DNA of 64,000 nucleotides from Perkinsus olseni (Eukaryota): NCBI GenBank assembly GCA_013115125.1, contig JABANN010000123.1, positions 1 to 64,000 of the forward strand, read 5' to 3'. Shown piece by piece: positions 1 to 11,791 of this stretch (position 1 is its first letter; each line of letters starts with the position of its first letter). The notes under the pieces were generated by a model. It saw only the letters and a program-made list of their open reading frames with translations, ran no database searches and was not told where the DNA came from. The position numbers and the translations under genes were made by a program.

Positions 1-1097
1 TGCACGCGAACACATTAAGTGTAAAAGGAGACAGAGTTATATCATGTCACCACCGTCCTACAAGCGATGCCCAGGAAAGATCATCCATAACACAGTGCTG
101 ATCATTGATTAGCTCTGACATGAGTGCATACCGAAGGAGATGCGCAAGGCGGTCACAGAGCTACGAGGAGCGGCAACGGTGATGATCACAGTTCTCACCA
201 TTCGGTCTCGCTCTGTGCCGGCGCCGTCTGGCTTCGTCTTCTCCCTTATAGGCCCTAACGAGTATCGTGCTCGCTGAATCAGTCTCGAGCGGTTCCAATG
301 CACCAGACCTGCCCCCGCTCGGTTGACCAAGCTGACTTTCGGCAAGCCCAGAGCGCCACCCGCGAACTGATTGAGTTCCGCAAGACGGTCCTTCTCGGCT
401 TCGACATCTCGACCAGGAGGCAGTACAACATCCACTGGCCTGCACGCAATCACTGTCGCCCACACCGTGTGATAGGATATTCATAGTTATTGCACTGTGT
501 TGGGTATCCAAGTGTCTCTCAGCGGATTCGAGGTGTATAAGCGATAAGGCTCTACCGTTGAGCATTCTATATATCGGAGTATCTCTCTAAACTCATTGGT
601 ATTGGGTTTACTAATGACGGCGGCATTCCTCAATAATAGAGGTGTCCGTTCACCGACTTCGACTTTTTCAACTCCTCCTCGATCGTCGACTTGCTCTTTA
701 TCCCCTTATTGGGCGGAGACTTCTCTGACACTCTGCTTGCAAATCGTCCACCAACTCGAGGGACTTGAATCCGTGCCTAAGGACACAGTAGAACTCCGCC
801 CCGAGTAAGTGCGCAGGTCTTGTCGTCGCACTTTCGACTTCGGTGCGGCTAGCGGCTTCGATGGCAACTGCGGCGCTTTGCGAAGCGTCTTGATCGGAGG
901 ATACTTGATTGACTGGTACGCATTGTACTGCTCCGCTGAACCTTTGGTGATACAGAATGAGTATGTCGACGGATTCATGCTTGCTCACTATACAACGCTC
1001 GAAGGTGCCGGCCGGCTTCCGTGTTGGTGCCGAATTCTTTCCACAGCTGTCGACACGCATCGGGTGGCTCATAGTCTGGGGAACGGTTGCCAACCAT
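1..1097 (-). CDS. Multi-exon hypothetical protein, possibly UPF0193/EVG1-like; 3' end not resolved and may run off the window
   Basis: ATG at 1097 gives MVGNRSPDYEPPDACRQLWKEFGTNTEAGRHLRALY. Later exons read QSIKYPPIK... and PPGRDVEAEKDRLAELNQFAGG. The family call is from recalled resemblance only. Confidence 0.4.
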
Positions 1098-2096
1098 AAT
1101 GCGTACTAGCACAACGACTGCAGCCTTCGAGGGAATGCTGAAGCGGAGTCAGCTGAAGAGAGTAGTTGTCTAGCCAAAAAGCCTAATTGGAAGAGCTTGG
1201 CGCATCCTTTTGGTCGACATAGGCGACTGGCACAACTCCTCAACATCAGCACTCCAGTCGATCGTATTGGTCCTCATGGACCCAGAGCAACGGTATTGCG
1301 TCAATATCTACTCTCAATTCAGGAGTCCTGAACTCACTGGAGTATCTATACGTAGTTGGGACCAAGTCCCCTAATAGAGGTCTTCGCATCTTGTCGCGCG
1401 TTCAACTCAGACGGAAATTTGTAATGCGATATGAGATACTTTGCCCACTCTGTCTGTGGAGGATCTCGTTGCGACCTCGAGACCAGATGACTCGAACACT
1501 ACTGACTCAACAGAAATACAGTGGAAAGCCTCGTTAGCGTATCACTGCAGGCTCGGTATCGAGACAGCCATGCACACTCGGCTGGGCGAGTGAGAACAAT
1601 ATTACTCGGCCGCCGCCAGCGCGGTGACTATAGTGAATTACACACCCTAAACTTCTATTGTGAGGTTCCCTCTAGTAGTCCGGGATGAGTCCGAGGGTAG
1701 CCTCCGCAATAGAGACTTCCCAGGGGCTCTTATCGTCGTGGCAGGCTGGGCCGACATCTTGGAGATCCTAGAAGTCCACGGTGGTCGATCTGTAGGATGG
1801 CAGGTTCTATGGCGCTTCAGCAAGGGACCCTGGCGGATAGGGCAAGGCCTGCCAAAGAGACTCCTTGGTGCCTCTAAGACCGGACACTCTGTCGCCATTC
1901 AGCTTACGCGCTTTGGACACTGGATGGGGATGCAGCGGTCTCATCGCTCGTATCAGTTCCCGTCTCGAGAGGACGGGGCCGCTTCAATGGAAGTCTCCTA
2001 GGCTCCACCTTTAGTCTGAAAAAAGAAGCGAAGCGATTTGCAATGCCGGCGCGCGTATAAGGAATTAATAGGAACTTGGCAACAACTCAAACGAGC

Positions 2097-3554
2097 CTAC
2101 CTCTTCGCCCGGGGTTCAGCGTCCCGTGAACACGAAGAGTCGTCGCTTGATTGACTACTCGTCTCACGATCAGTAGACTCCGAGTCGAGAGACATACTCG
2201 CTGTAGAGCTTCCTTCGGTATCTTCGACGACCATCCGAGAGACCATATCTAAGCAAATGATGAGTCCCGCGAGATTATGCTCCCTTCCAAAGTCACCTTC
2301 GAAGGGGTCCTCTCCTTTGAGCCAGGAAAGCTCCATGTGCATTTTCACCACCGTCCGAGGAGTTAACAGCCCCGCTTCGCTCTTCACGTACACCAACTGT
2401 CTTAGTACTTCTAGAAGCCTTTCCGACAGGCTCTCACCAAGCAGTGCATTCACGTTGTCACCCGCCGAGCGCACCACCAGCCGAGCCAGCACCGCGCAAG
2501 CCATGCGCCCACTGGCCCGGGCAGCATCTACATTCTCGTTGCTACTAAAGTGCTCCCTGTAGAGGTCCATGAACCTCCTCCGAAGGTCGTCATGGAAGGG
2601 CGCCAAGTGGACATCATCGCACGCCAAGAGATTCGCTGACTCCACCATCAAGGAACAGGGGGACCTCTCGCAAAGCACAATTTCCGTCAGAGGCCTCACA
2701 CAGTCACCGAGGCTGGCGCCGCTGTCGCGCAGCTCCCGCAGAATATTCATACATACCTCCACTCTACTTGTATAGAGACTCGGTGACAGACGAGCCATCA
2801 GGGGCCGAACAAGGCGGGCGGGTGGTGCCGTCTCCGCCTTCCCTATGAGACCGCTCAGCAGGGACACGCCGTGAGTCCTGAACCCTGAGTCGGTCGTTCT
2901 TGGGCCTCCCAAAAGCTCCAGAATTTTTTCCACCAAATTGTCGGACAGTCTGCCCGACACTTTGGGTACAGAGATTAACAGAATGGCGAAGGCGAGGTTG
3001 CCGGAGTTGGCCTTGACTCCACCACCAGGCAGATGGACGTCTCCAACCTCCAGAATTTGGCCCAGTCGCGAGGACTGCGACTCGCCGGTCGAGGAGCGCC
3101 CCTGCTGCCTCGTGAGGAGGTCCGTTAGATTTGATGATCGGCGATCTGTTTTGAGGCCTCCCGTGAGAGCCAGGCCACCAACGGTGTCCAACATCCCAGA
3201 CTCGTTCATAGCGTCGCAGTTGTGAAGCGCCAGGAGGGCCGCTGCCGCTAGCAGCAAGCGCTGTTCTACAGTGTCGTGAGGGGCAAGGGACAAGCGTAGG
3301 GCTAGTTTCCTCACCACCCCTAACTTCAGGACTCTTCGCTCGGGCGGCAGCTGAGCCACGCACTCCACAATACTGATATTGGGGTCGCTGCAGAGAAGCT
3401 GTATGAGATCGCTAACGGGCTTGCTGCTCATCAACTGATATGGACCAAGGCAAGGGGGCCATAAAACCCAGAACAAGATGGGGACTACCCTTCCGGTCAC
3501 TGAGGAACTCACCAACACAACTACAGACTCCTTGGAGACTACAATACTACTCAA
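2097..3554 (-). CDS. Large exon of an alpha-helical (ARM/HEAT-like) hypothetical protein with an acidic Ser-rich C-terminus; true start and upstream exons uncertain
   Basis: 485-codon uninterrupted ORF with Leu/Ala-rich amphipathic helices, ending SLDSESTDRETSSQSSDDSSCSRDAEPRAKR*. Confidence 0.65.
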   Translation of the reverse strand: MSSIVVSKESVVVLVSSSVTGRVVPILFWVLWPPCLGPYQLMSSKPVSDLIQLLCSDPNISIVECVAQLPPERRVLKLGVVRKLALRLSLAPHDTVEQRLLLAAAALLALHNCDAMNESGMLDTVGGLALTGGLKTDRRSSNLTDLLTRQQGRSSTGESQSSRLGQILEVGDVHLPGGGVKANSGNLAFAILLISVPKVSGRLSDNLVEKILELLGGPRTTDSGFRTHGVSLLSGLIGKAETAPPARLVRPLMARLSPSLYTSRVEVCMNILRELRDSGASLGDCVRPLTEIVLCERSPCSLMVESANLLACDDVHLAPFHDDLRRRFMDLYREHFSSNENVDAARASGRMACAVLARLVVRSAGDNVNALLGESLSERLLEVLRQLVYVKSEAGLLTPRTVVKMHMELSWLKGEDPFEGDFGREHNLAGLIICLDMVSRMVVEDTEGSSTASMSLDSESTDRETSSQSSDDSSCSRDAEPRAKR

Positions 3555-4249
3555 TTGACGTTGGTAAGAGGAGAAACTCAGTCACTGTCCGAATCGTCGA
3601 ACGTCACCCTAGCACCTTCGAACTTGGTCAGAGTCCCCCGTTGAGATGGAGCCGACTTAGCTGCCCAGGATGGGTGATTGGAGGGCGCTTCAAGCTGCTT
3701 GGACGCTGGGATCTGAGAAAAACCGAAAGCGTGCATCATTTTGTACTACTCTAACGGGCAATGACGCTCTCAATGCTGTGTGCGACCTGTGATGAAAACT
3801 ATGATGCTGCGCGGAGGACCGGAGGCGCCGTAGAACTAGGGGAGAAAGGGAAAGTAGCGATGATTCAGCAGCCACTAAATCAGGTAAATTAAAGTGATTG
3901 TAACTCACTGGTTGACCGCGTTCTTTCGTAAGTTCGACCGACATGAGAGATGTCGAATGAATCCTGGGAAATCGAGGAGAAGCGAAACGATTCCCTCCTA
4001 CAGGTTGCTTTTTGGACTTCACTTGGACCGGCGCGCCTCCCTCCTCGACGACCTCCTTGGGCTCCTGAAACTTGATACTCGTGTCAGACACGGCATTTCC
4101 CAGCGTGGAATCATAGCGTCATGTCTCATGACAGCGACGAGACCCGATCGAACAGGGAGTGCATGAAGTACGATAAGCCCATCCTCTCGCTAAGTGAGCG
4201 TCCCTACGATGCCCTTTGCGGGAGGAAGCGCAATCCCCCCTTACTACCT

Positions 4250-4460
4250 CGGATTTTTCGCTAGTTCTCCGGACCTTGAAACTCTCCGTCGAATCATCCG
4301 CTCGCCAAGACCGTTTGCCGTCACGGGACTCTCCTTTGCCGCGGCCCTTCCCACCGCCTTTACCCTTAGCTGGAGCTATGTCTCGACCCTTGCCCTTGCC
4401 TTTCCCTTTTCCTTTCCCCTTGCCTTTACTCGGTCGATGGTCGCTTTGGCGCGGAGGCAC
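4250..4460 (-). CDS. Gly/Lys-rich exon (KGKGKGKGKGKGKG), possibly a spliced C-terminal tail of the EFG1 gene
   Basis: The acceptor ctcctag|GTG CCT at 4460 is phase 0, compatible with a phase-0 donor GAC|gtagt near 4724 in the EFG1 ORF. Confidence 0.45.
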
Positions 4461-4707
4461 CTAGGAGAACGACTACAACTACCAGACTCGACGCGGCTGT
4501 TAAACAAATATACACCCTAGTCGAAAGGCTCTGGCTCAGGAAATCCGAACAGGCGCGGGATACAAGTTTTTGAGAAAAGAACTATTTGCCAGCGCCCCTT
4601 ACTGATGTGAGCTTTGAGCCGGAGATTACGCACTCAATTTTCTCGGCAAATTCAAAGCTCGACTGAGACGCAGGGCGAGTTGTAAAATGTGGATGATACC
4701 TGAGTGT

Positions 4708-5175
4708 TTACCCCCGAAGTACTACGTCATTGGCATCGCCATCCGCGAAGAAGTCGTCCACCTCCTCGCGGTGCTCAACAGTCTCCTTAGTTTCCCGTTT
4801 CTCCAACGTCCGTTCATCAATCTCCTTCTGGCTCTCCAGTCGGTTCCGTATAGATTCCCGGATCGACTTCTGCTTCGCCATCTCTCGCGGTTTCAACTTG
4901 CCATCCTTCGGGAACAGCGAGATGTACTTCTCGCCGTGCGGGTAGAATTTGATGTACTGCAAGTCCTCGAGCAAGCCATTCATGCGCTCCTGGATTTCCT
5001 GCGGGTCCGCCTCAGATTTCCCCTGTATGATCTCGGCCAATTGGCGGCGGCAAGTTTTGAGCTTTCGCTCGACCTTTTGCCGCTCGACGAAGCGCACATA
5101 CTTGTACTTCTCGAAGAGCTTGTCTTCTGCTTCTGTTGACGGTCGTCCCCTCGGGCGGCTCGCCTTCTCGTCCAT
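4708..5175 (-). CDS. EFG1: rRNA-processing protein EFG1 family
   Basis: Motifs KYKYVRFVERQKVERKLK and DLQYIKFYPHGEKYISLFP, plus C-terminal DDFF, match the EFG1/DUF2361 pattern. Confidence 0.8.
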   Translation of the reverse strand: MDEKASRPRGRPSTEAEDKLFEKYKYVRFVERQKVERKLKTCRRQLAEIIQGKSEADPQEIQERMNGLLEDLQYIKFYPHGEKYISLFPKDGKLKPREMAKQKSIRESIRNRLESQKEIDERTLEKRETKETVEHREEVDDFFADGDANDVVLRG

Positions 5176-5693
5176 TAATGACTAGGTAACTCAAACCCTG
5201 CTTGCACATCGCGCTCAGTTCGGCACATGCTGATGTCAGATATTCGACGCCCATTGTTTGGCTTCCTTGGTGTCCCATTGCTCTCACAAAGATCTTCTCT
5301 AGAATCACTCGGGCGTTCAGATGCGGTTCATGATTGCTGCCAACAGCCACGAGGATGTTTCAAACCACGATGACTTCCGGCGTCCTTTAATTTTTCCACG
5401 GACGACTCCGGGTTTTTGCTCAAGAGCCTGGGATCCCCGGACAAAGGGGAATAAGATATTTGTCAGCTCAGAATCGACCGTGGAGCACTTTACGCATCGG
5501 ATGTGGTTCCTTAAACGATTGTAAGTTCCGCAATTATCTATACACGTCTTCCTCCCGTAGTCGCCAAAACACCTAAGTGCACGTAATGCAAGAAAAATGC
5601 GAAGTGTAATGGAGCTCGCCCTTAATCTTCGGGTCGCAATACGGTCGTCGAGTTGTCGCGGCGGAGTTAGTGGCCCGTGACAGAGGCCACTAG

Positions 5694-6270
5694 ATGTGGC
5701 TTTCACTAGAATTAGTATCACAAGATGCGGACTTTACTGTGGATTGTGCTGGAGGCTCCTGGGACTGCGTTCGAGCCCGGCTGGGAGTGTCGGCACGGAA
5801 TCTTCAAGAGCTCGTTGCTGTCTCCCATTCTTTTCATCTCGTCGGTGAGCAGCGAGGTAGGCTTCGGCGTTGTCCTTGAGGTTAGATGTCTTTATACACA
5901 TAGAGACATCTCTGGTTCCCTTAGGAATGAATCTGGAGCTCCACTGAGAACACCAGTGGCCCGCCTATGGCGGCCCGGCGTTTGGCTACGTACTTTCTCT
6001 TTAAGGCGCAGTTGGGTGGCCATCGTTCGAGCTCAGGCGTTGACAGGCCCCATGCGGTCTGTAGGGCATGCAAGGACGCCGTTATAGCCGACGGGGATGG
6101 TCTCAGTCATGAAATGAGGACTGGACTCTGGTGGAAATCTGCGGCCATTCGAGCGCTATGGGTGGTTCTCTGGCGAACGTCTTGGGGAGGCTCCCCATCC
6201 ATAGCACATGTCCTAGGAGATCGTCAGGCCTCGAGTCTCGGAGCCGGTGTCTGTTTAGCTTGTCCTTTGA
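5694..6270 (+). CDS. Possible small multi-exon hypothetical protein
   Basis: Short open frames linked by plausible GT-AG introns; no recognisable motif. Confidence 0.25.
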
Positions 6271-6273
6271 CAC

Positions 6274-6876
6274 ATGAAGGCCCCTTTCTTTCTCCCCGCC
6301 ATGGCAGCAGCGTTGATCATAACGTACGAAGTGACTTTAGGGAGTCTCGTATGGCGCCTCTTGCATCATTCCTCTTTTCAGGTTCCAAGGCTGCGGTAGC
6401 AAGGACTCCACTAAATCCACTTCCTCTGGCACTCAGTCTAATGGACCGTCTGCTAGTGGCCTCTTCCTCAACAGAGCGGTGAGTACTTGTGAGTCTACTG
6501 ACATCTACTTGAGGACTGTGCTGCCTTTCAGGGCTCCCATGGTTCGCAATCTTGTTACCAATCACATCGGCCCTACTCACTGAAAGTGCACAGAGTGAGG
6601 ACCTCCGATGGTTCCTGGAGCAACACCATAACAGCAGACTGCGGGAACTCTCATAAGTGAGGGAACCCTTGGTTCACTAGCCAGTCATTGTCACCACTGG
6701 TTCCCTTCAGAGCAATAAAGAAGACCGATGCCGATCTCCCCGAGCACGTGAAGGAGAATCTCCTGGATGCTAGAATGACCTGCAACGACATTTGGGCGGC
6801 ATTCGGCACCACCTCCTCCGCCAACGCCATCAGCCTGCGATCCATGTGCCGAGAGGCTCTTGGCGTCCCTGTTTGA
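6274..6876 (+). CDS. xGC/4-Cys family paralog 1 (4 exons)
   Basis: MKAPFFLPAMAAALIIT|FQGCGSKDSTKS...|GSHGSQSCYQSHRPYSLKVHRVRTSDGSWSNTITADCGNSHK|AIKKTDADLPEHVKENLLDARMTCNDIWAAFGTTSSANAISLRSMCREALGVPV*. Confidence 0.8.
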
Positions 6877-7125
6877 AACTGTCGGTAAAGGACCTCTGTA
6901 CAGTGTTGCACATGCCTCGGTCCGCGGCCCTGTTACTGTGGTTCCCATTGCTTCGCGTTGGCAATCCTCCGACCCCTTCCATGCCAGCGAGGACATGGTT
7001 CACTGCTCCCTCGCTGAAGCGCGCACTCCAGTCTCACTGCTCCGGCACCGACCCTGAGCTCTCAAGGTTGGTCGTATGTCATGCTGTGTAGTTTTTTCTT
7101 TCAAGCCCCTTACACATCCTCGCCG

Positions 7126-8726
7126 ATGTTTATGCCCCTACGTTACGCCCTGCTCGCGATTGCCGCATTCTTTTTGAGCGGGTAAGACGCTTCTGCACCA
7201 CTCGTTGTTGTTAATCCGCTATGCTCTTCTCTCAGAATGAAAGGCTGCAATAGGAGAAGGAGACATAGACACTCCCCGAAGCCAGTGGCCCCCAAGCACA
7301 AGCCTGCGACCACCACACCAAAGCCCGTCATCACCACACCAAAGCCCGTCACCACCACGCCGGATTCCGAATCTGAGGATATCGCGGACCTCATGCTCAC
7401 CGAAACCGGGACTACTCCGGAGCCTGAGACCGAGAACATTGCGGAGACGGTGAAACCTACTGCGACAGACTCTGAGCTGAATAATACACTAGGAAACCGC
7501 GATGCCTCTGGTGACCTTCTCTCAGGAGAGAAAGGTGAGCCTGCAAGTCTCAGGCATGCTTAATTCATTCATTTCTCCTGTTCAGATGAAGCTTCGCTGA
7601 ACGACACGATCAGCGGCGATGGTGCTGACGCAGATCAAGAATCTGATTCCTCTAACTTGGAATCCGCGACCAACGCCCCCGAAGACGAAGTCGAGGACTT
7701 CGTTGAGGCCTTGGCTGCTACTGCCGAGCCCGAGGCTGACGAACGTGGCGAACCTGTATCCACGACTGTCGAGCCCGACGCTGACAACCATCCGGAGTCC
7801 CTGGCCGCCGGTACCGACCTTGAGGCTGGCAACACTACGCAGCGTGTGGTCGCGGCTGTCGAGCCCCAGGCTGACAGCGCTGCGGATGTTGTGACCTCCA
7901 CTTCCGAGCCTGGAGCAGACAACCTTCCACGACCTGCGACGACAGGTGCGACCAACTCCGGAAGGGCTGACCCATCAGGAGACGTGGACTTGCCCCTCGA
8001 TTCTAAATCGGCGAGGGAAGAAGCGGGTGAGTCTTCGTTTCGCCGAACACGTGCTCGCAGATGCAGAATGTTCAATGTGCATGTTCAGATGATGTGAGTC
8101 CCAGTGAGGAGTCTACTGATGAGGTGGTCGCGGACGATGACGACGCATCACTGGCGAGCCACAAGTCTGAGTCGACCTCTGATTTGGAAGCCTCATCCCC
8201 AGAGGAGGAGGATGGTAGCGGCGAGGTATCCTCAAGTCCCCGTGCATCACAAAAAGATCCGAAGGAATGCGAAGCTAACTACGACAGTGATGATGGGCAG
8301 CCGAAATTCAGGATAATCATAAGGCGTCAGCACCTCTTGAAGGCCCACCGCCTGCTGATCAAAGCACAGTGTGGAGACATGATGTGAGACTTGCTCTGTA
8401 GCAACGCTATGGGACTCTCTGTATTACTCAGGAAGGAAGAATCTCTCACCGCTCCCAAGCTTGGCGCTAAGGCCGCGGATGAAATGAACTGCGAACAGTT
8501 GTTCGCGCTGATAGGCATCACCCGCGACTCCGGGGTTGAAGATTTCAAGGCCGTTTGCGATAACAAAGACCTTAGCTCGATCAACTTGGATGGCGCACAG
8601 TCTTCTCTCCATCCTAAACCGCAAAAAGGCGGCCCATCCGTCTTGACGGGCGTCAAACGACATGTAACGATATCTCAAGAAGAGCAGTGGACGAAAGCTG
8701 GGCATGCCAAGCGAGGCTCGGCCTAG
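7126..8726 (+). CDS. xGC/4-Cys family paralog 2, with long Pro/Thr- and acidic-rich stalk (5 exons)
   Basis: MFMPLRYALLAIAAFFLSG|MKGCNRRRR...TTTPKPVITTPKPVTTTP, an acidic linker, then KECEANYDSDDGQPKFRIIIRRQHLLKAHRLLIKAQCGDMM|KEESLTAPKLGAKAADEMNCEQLFALIGITRDSGVEDFKAVC...*. Confidence 0.8.
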
Positions 8727-8884
8727 TCATGTGCCCCTCGGTGACCTGCTGTCACGATTTGTCGTCATCTCGGCTTGTGTTCCTAGCAGAGGGTGCTATA
8801 CCCGGTCCTCAGTTGCTTTGCATGCTCCTAGTGTCTCCTATTGAACGCAGTTTTTTTTCAAGCCTCCCTCATTCTCTCGTAGCA

Positions 8885-9729
8885 ATGAAGTTCTTCTCCC
8901 GTCAGACCGCTCTCGCCACTGGCTCTCTTGCCGCCCTCATCGGGTAAGCCCGAGCACCTCACGGCTCCCCTGGTCCCTGATTACTCAATGTCTCCTCAGA
9001 TTGCAAGGATGCGGTTCGAAAGAGAAGAAGACAGTCGAGTCTGCAGTCGCGGATCTTGCCAGCGAGGCCGCCGCCTATGACAACTTCGTAAGTTGACGGT
9101 TGACGGTCAGGAATCGCAACCTGACGACCTCAACCTCGGCTGTGATGTTAAGTTGTGGTTTTCCATTCAGTCGGTTGACAACCTGTTCCGTGGAAGTGGA
9201 GGTCGCTACCAGATCTGCAGTGTCAACGGCACCAGCTCTGAGAACCCCGATGCCATTGAGAGTGTCTTCAAGCTCCGAGTAGAGCGAATGCTCGGCAGCG
9301 GCGAGAGCCAATGGAAGGCAATTCTTCGCGGCTTTTGCGGAGCCTCTGGGTGAGCGATTCGAGGGATAGGGTTCTCGACACGGCGTGGTGGCCAAAGAGT
9401 TGGTCGGATGTTGCTCTGCTCTCAGTCAATTGGAGAAGAAACTTGGCGCAAACTACACGAGCAAGTTACAGGGCGAGATGAACTGCCAAGGCGTATGGGG
9501 CGTGTTCCATATTACCCGCCAGTCAAGCTTGGACGCAGTCATCTCCGTCTGCGATGACGTCCTCGGTGGCCAAGACCAGCAAGGCACCGGTGTCGCTGCC
9601 AACTCTACGGAGCCTCAAGAAGCCACAGCCGCGCCTTCTGGCGAGAGCGCTTCTGATGAGAAGCCCGCTACGGCCAGGAGGAGTATGTTGAAGAGTCAGC
9701 GTCGCCGAGCTGCCCTCCACTTCAGTTGA
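8885..9729 (+). CDS. xGC/4-Cys family paralog 3 (4 exons)
   Basis: MKFFSRQTALATGSLAALIG|LQGCGSKEKK...|...YQICSVNGTSS...FKLRVERMLGSGESQWKAILRGFCGASG|QLEKKLGANYTSKLQGEMNCQGVWGVFHITRQSSLDAVISVCDDVLG...*. Confidence 0.8.
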
Positions 9730-9895
9730 GAGGAGCTCATCAGCCCAGGGGCACTCATGTCATGTGAATGCTAAATGTCAGTTGACACTTGGACTCCTCA
9801 CCAGCTCTTGCGTTATCTTCTTCCCTGCTCTAGTACGCTGCTTCTACTCGGCTACATTCCTCGGTATCAGTCATTTTTTCAAGCCTCTCCCTCCT

Positions 9896-10625
9896 ATGAC
9901 AGTCAGTCTCCTACGCCAACTGGCTACTTTCTTCGCCCTCTTGGGCATAGCAATGTACGTATCTCTGGGACCAACCGCTACCTGTTCCATAAACTGCACG
10001 ACGTGTTAACGTATCGCCTCTCAGGCTGCAGGGCTGTGGCAGCAAGCCCGAGGCCAGCGCCTCTGAAACAAATACCCCGTCTGGGAACATTCGGGCAGCT
10101 GGATTATACCACAGGAGCAACTCCAGCACCGAGAGCTACAGGCATCAGAAAACTTGGTCTGTCTACGTAAGCATTACCTATCGCTCTCGTATGAAACCTC
10201 CTATCGCCAAGCATGCATACGTTTTTGTCTTCAGCATCCTGGAAAGACTACGCACAGGCAGGTCTGCACGGCGAGATACAATGACACAGTGACTCTCAAG
10301 GAGTACAACCTCAAACTAGAGCGGCGGAAAGAAGGGTCCGAGAAGTGGACGGCTAAGCTGTCCGGGAGATGTGGCGATCGAGAGTAAATACCTGAGTTGC
10401 GCTGCCGTCCGCGCCGTTCTGGGCTGCGATAGTTTTCGACTCATGGCCCTTGTGTCTCTTAGAAACCTCGAGGCGGACCTGACTGGTGACAAACTTGGCA
10501 AAGTCCAGGGCGAGAAGCACTGTGTCGCTGTTTGGGAGGCTTTGGGCGTTACTACCCGCGTGATCGTTGCCCGGAAGCACGTCCCTCCAGTGGAAGCGCT
10601 ATGTCAAGCTGTGTTCGGCAGTTAG
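9896..10625 (+). CDS. xGC/4-Cys family paralog 4 (4 exons)
   Basis: MTVSLLRQLATFFALLGIAM|LQGCGSKPEAS...|HPGKTTHRQVCTARYNDTVTLKEYNLKLERRKEGSEKWTAKLSGRCGDRE|NLEADLTGDKLGKVQGEKHCVAVWEALGVTTRVIVARKHVPPVEALCQAVFGS*. Confidence 0.8.
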
Positions 10626-10778
10626 CGACCTCTGTGGTGGCTTTCTCAACACCTACATATACAATGGCGCTTCAGTGTCGGGAGTCAATACCTATTGGTG
10701 TCCCCACGCTTACGTATGTTCCGGCACCCTTTGGTGCGGAAAAGTTGACACTGTAGTCTGTCGAGTTCAACCATATAT

Positions 10779-10850
10779 GGGCTGTGCCGAGAATTGAACT
10801 CGAGACCTCTCGCACCCTAAGCGAGAATCATACCACTAGACCACACAGCC
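10779..10850 (-). tRNA. trnP-AGG: tRNA-Pro (anticodon AGG), intronless
   Basis: Reverse complement is GGCTGTGTGGTCTAGTGGTATGATTCTCGCTTAGGGTGCGAGAGGTCTCGAGTTCAATTCTCGGCACAGCCC (72 nt). Acceptor GGCTGTG/CACAGCC, anticodon arm CTCGC-TTAGGGT-GCGAG, T-loop TTCAATT. Confidence 0.95.
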
Positions 10851-10931
10851 GATGTGTACAGCGTGCTTTAGCGCGCCCACTTCAGAGGACCGTTGTAGCT
10901 TTGTCGCTCGTAACGCCAGTACAGGCCCCTC

Positions 10932-11633
10932 ATGGACATCGCCGCCTATATCAACCTCATCTTCTGCATCCTGGTCGTTTTCATCGGATCGATCGAGTAA
11001 GCGTTCTGCTAATGGCTACTCTAGTACATCTCTGTTGTCTGTTAGAATTCAAGGATGCGGATCGAAGCAATCTTCGACTCGCGGTGCTGCCCGGACGAAC
11101 TCGACAGACACTACTGCGGTAGCTGAGACCGCTGTGCAAGCGTACAAACAAACGGTGAGTACAAAAAAAGATGAACTCGGGGGCCTGGTGTGAACCCACT
11201 AACATTCAGCTTACCGTATGATTTGACAGGCACCTGCTGAAGTGAAAGACGGTGGTAAGTTCAAGATCTGCCGCGCGGCTTCCACTGATGGCAAGTACAA
11301 GCTCGCTGTGCAACGTACACTGAAGACCGGAGAAACGGAGTGGAAAGTGAAGCTAGTCGGCGAGAAGTGCGGCGATAAGACGTAAGTCCCGAAAATTGGC
11401 CGAGCCCGATTGGCAGCGCGGGTTCAACGGTTTGCTTTGCATGCTCATACTTCTTCAGTGGCTCCAATAAGGAGATCGCCGATGATTTGGCTAAGGACCT
11501 GCAGGGTGAAGATGTTCCGTGCAAAACTGTCTGGGCGAAGTTCCAAGTGACAGCTGATAATCCGAGCCGTTTGAAGGCCTTGTGCACTGAATCTAGCTGG
11601 CTCGGTGAAGCCGCACCTACTTCAGAAGAGTAG
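10932..11633 (+). CDS. xGC/4-Cys family paralog 5 (4 exons)
   Basis: MDIAAYINLIFCILVVFIGSIE|IQGCGSKQSS...|APAEVKDGGKFKICRAASTDGKYKLAVQRTLKTGETEWKVKLVGEKCGDKT|GSNKEIADDLAKDLQGEDVPCKTVWAKFQVTADNPSRLKALCTESSWLGEAAPTSEE*. Confidence 0.8.
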
Positions 11634-11791
11634 AGAGCAACACACCATGCACACCTATGGGACACTCACTTGTGTCCTTCGAAGCTTGTTGTGTCCATCA
11701 TGTGAAAGAAAAGTTGTGCATAATACCAAGTTGTTTAGTTCACACTCCTTCCATCGGCGATTACGCGTTGTTGACGACAGAGATTTTAGTC

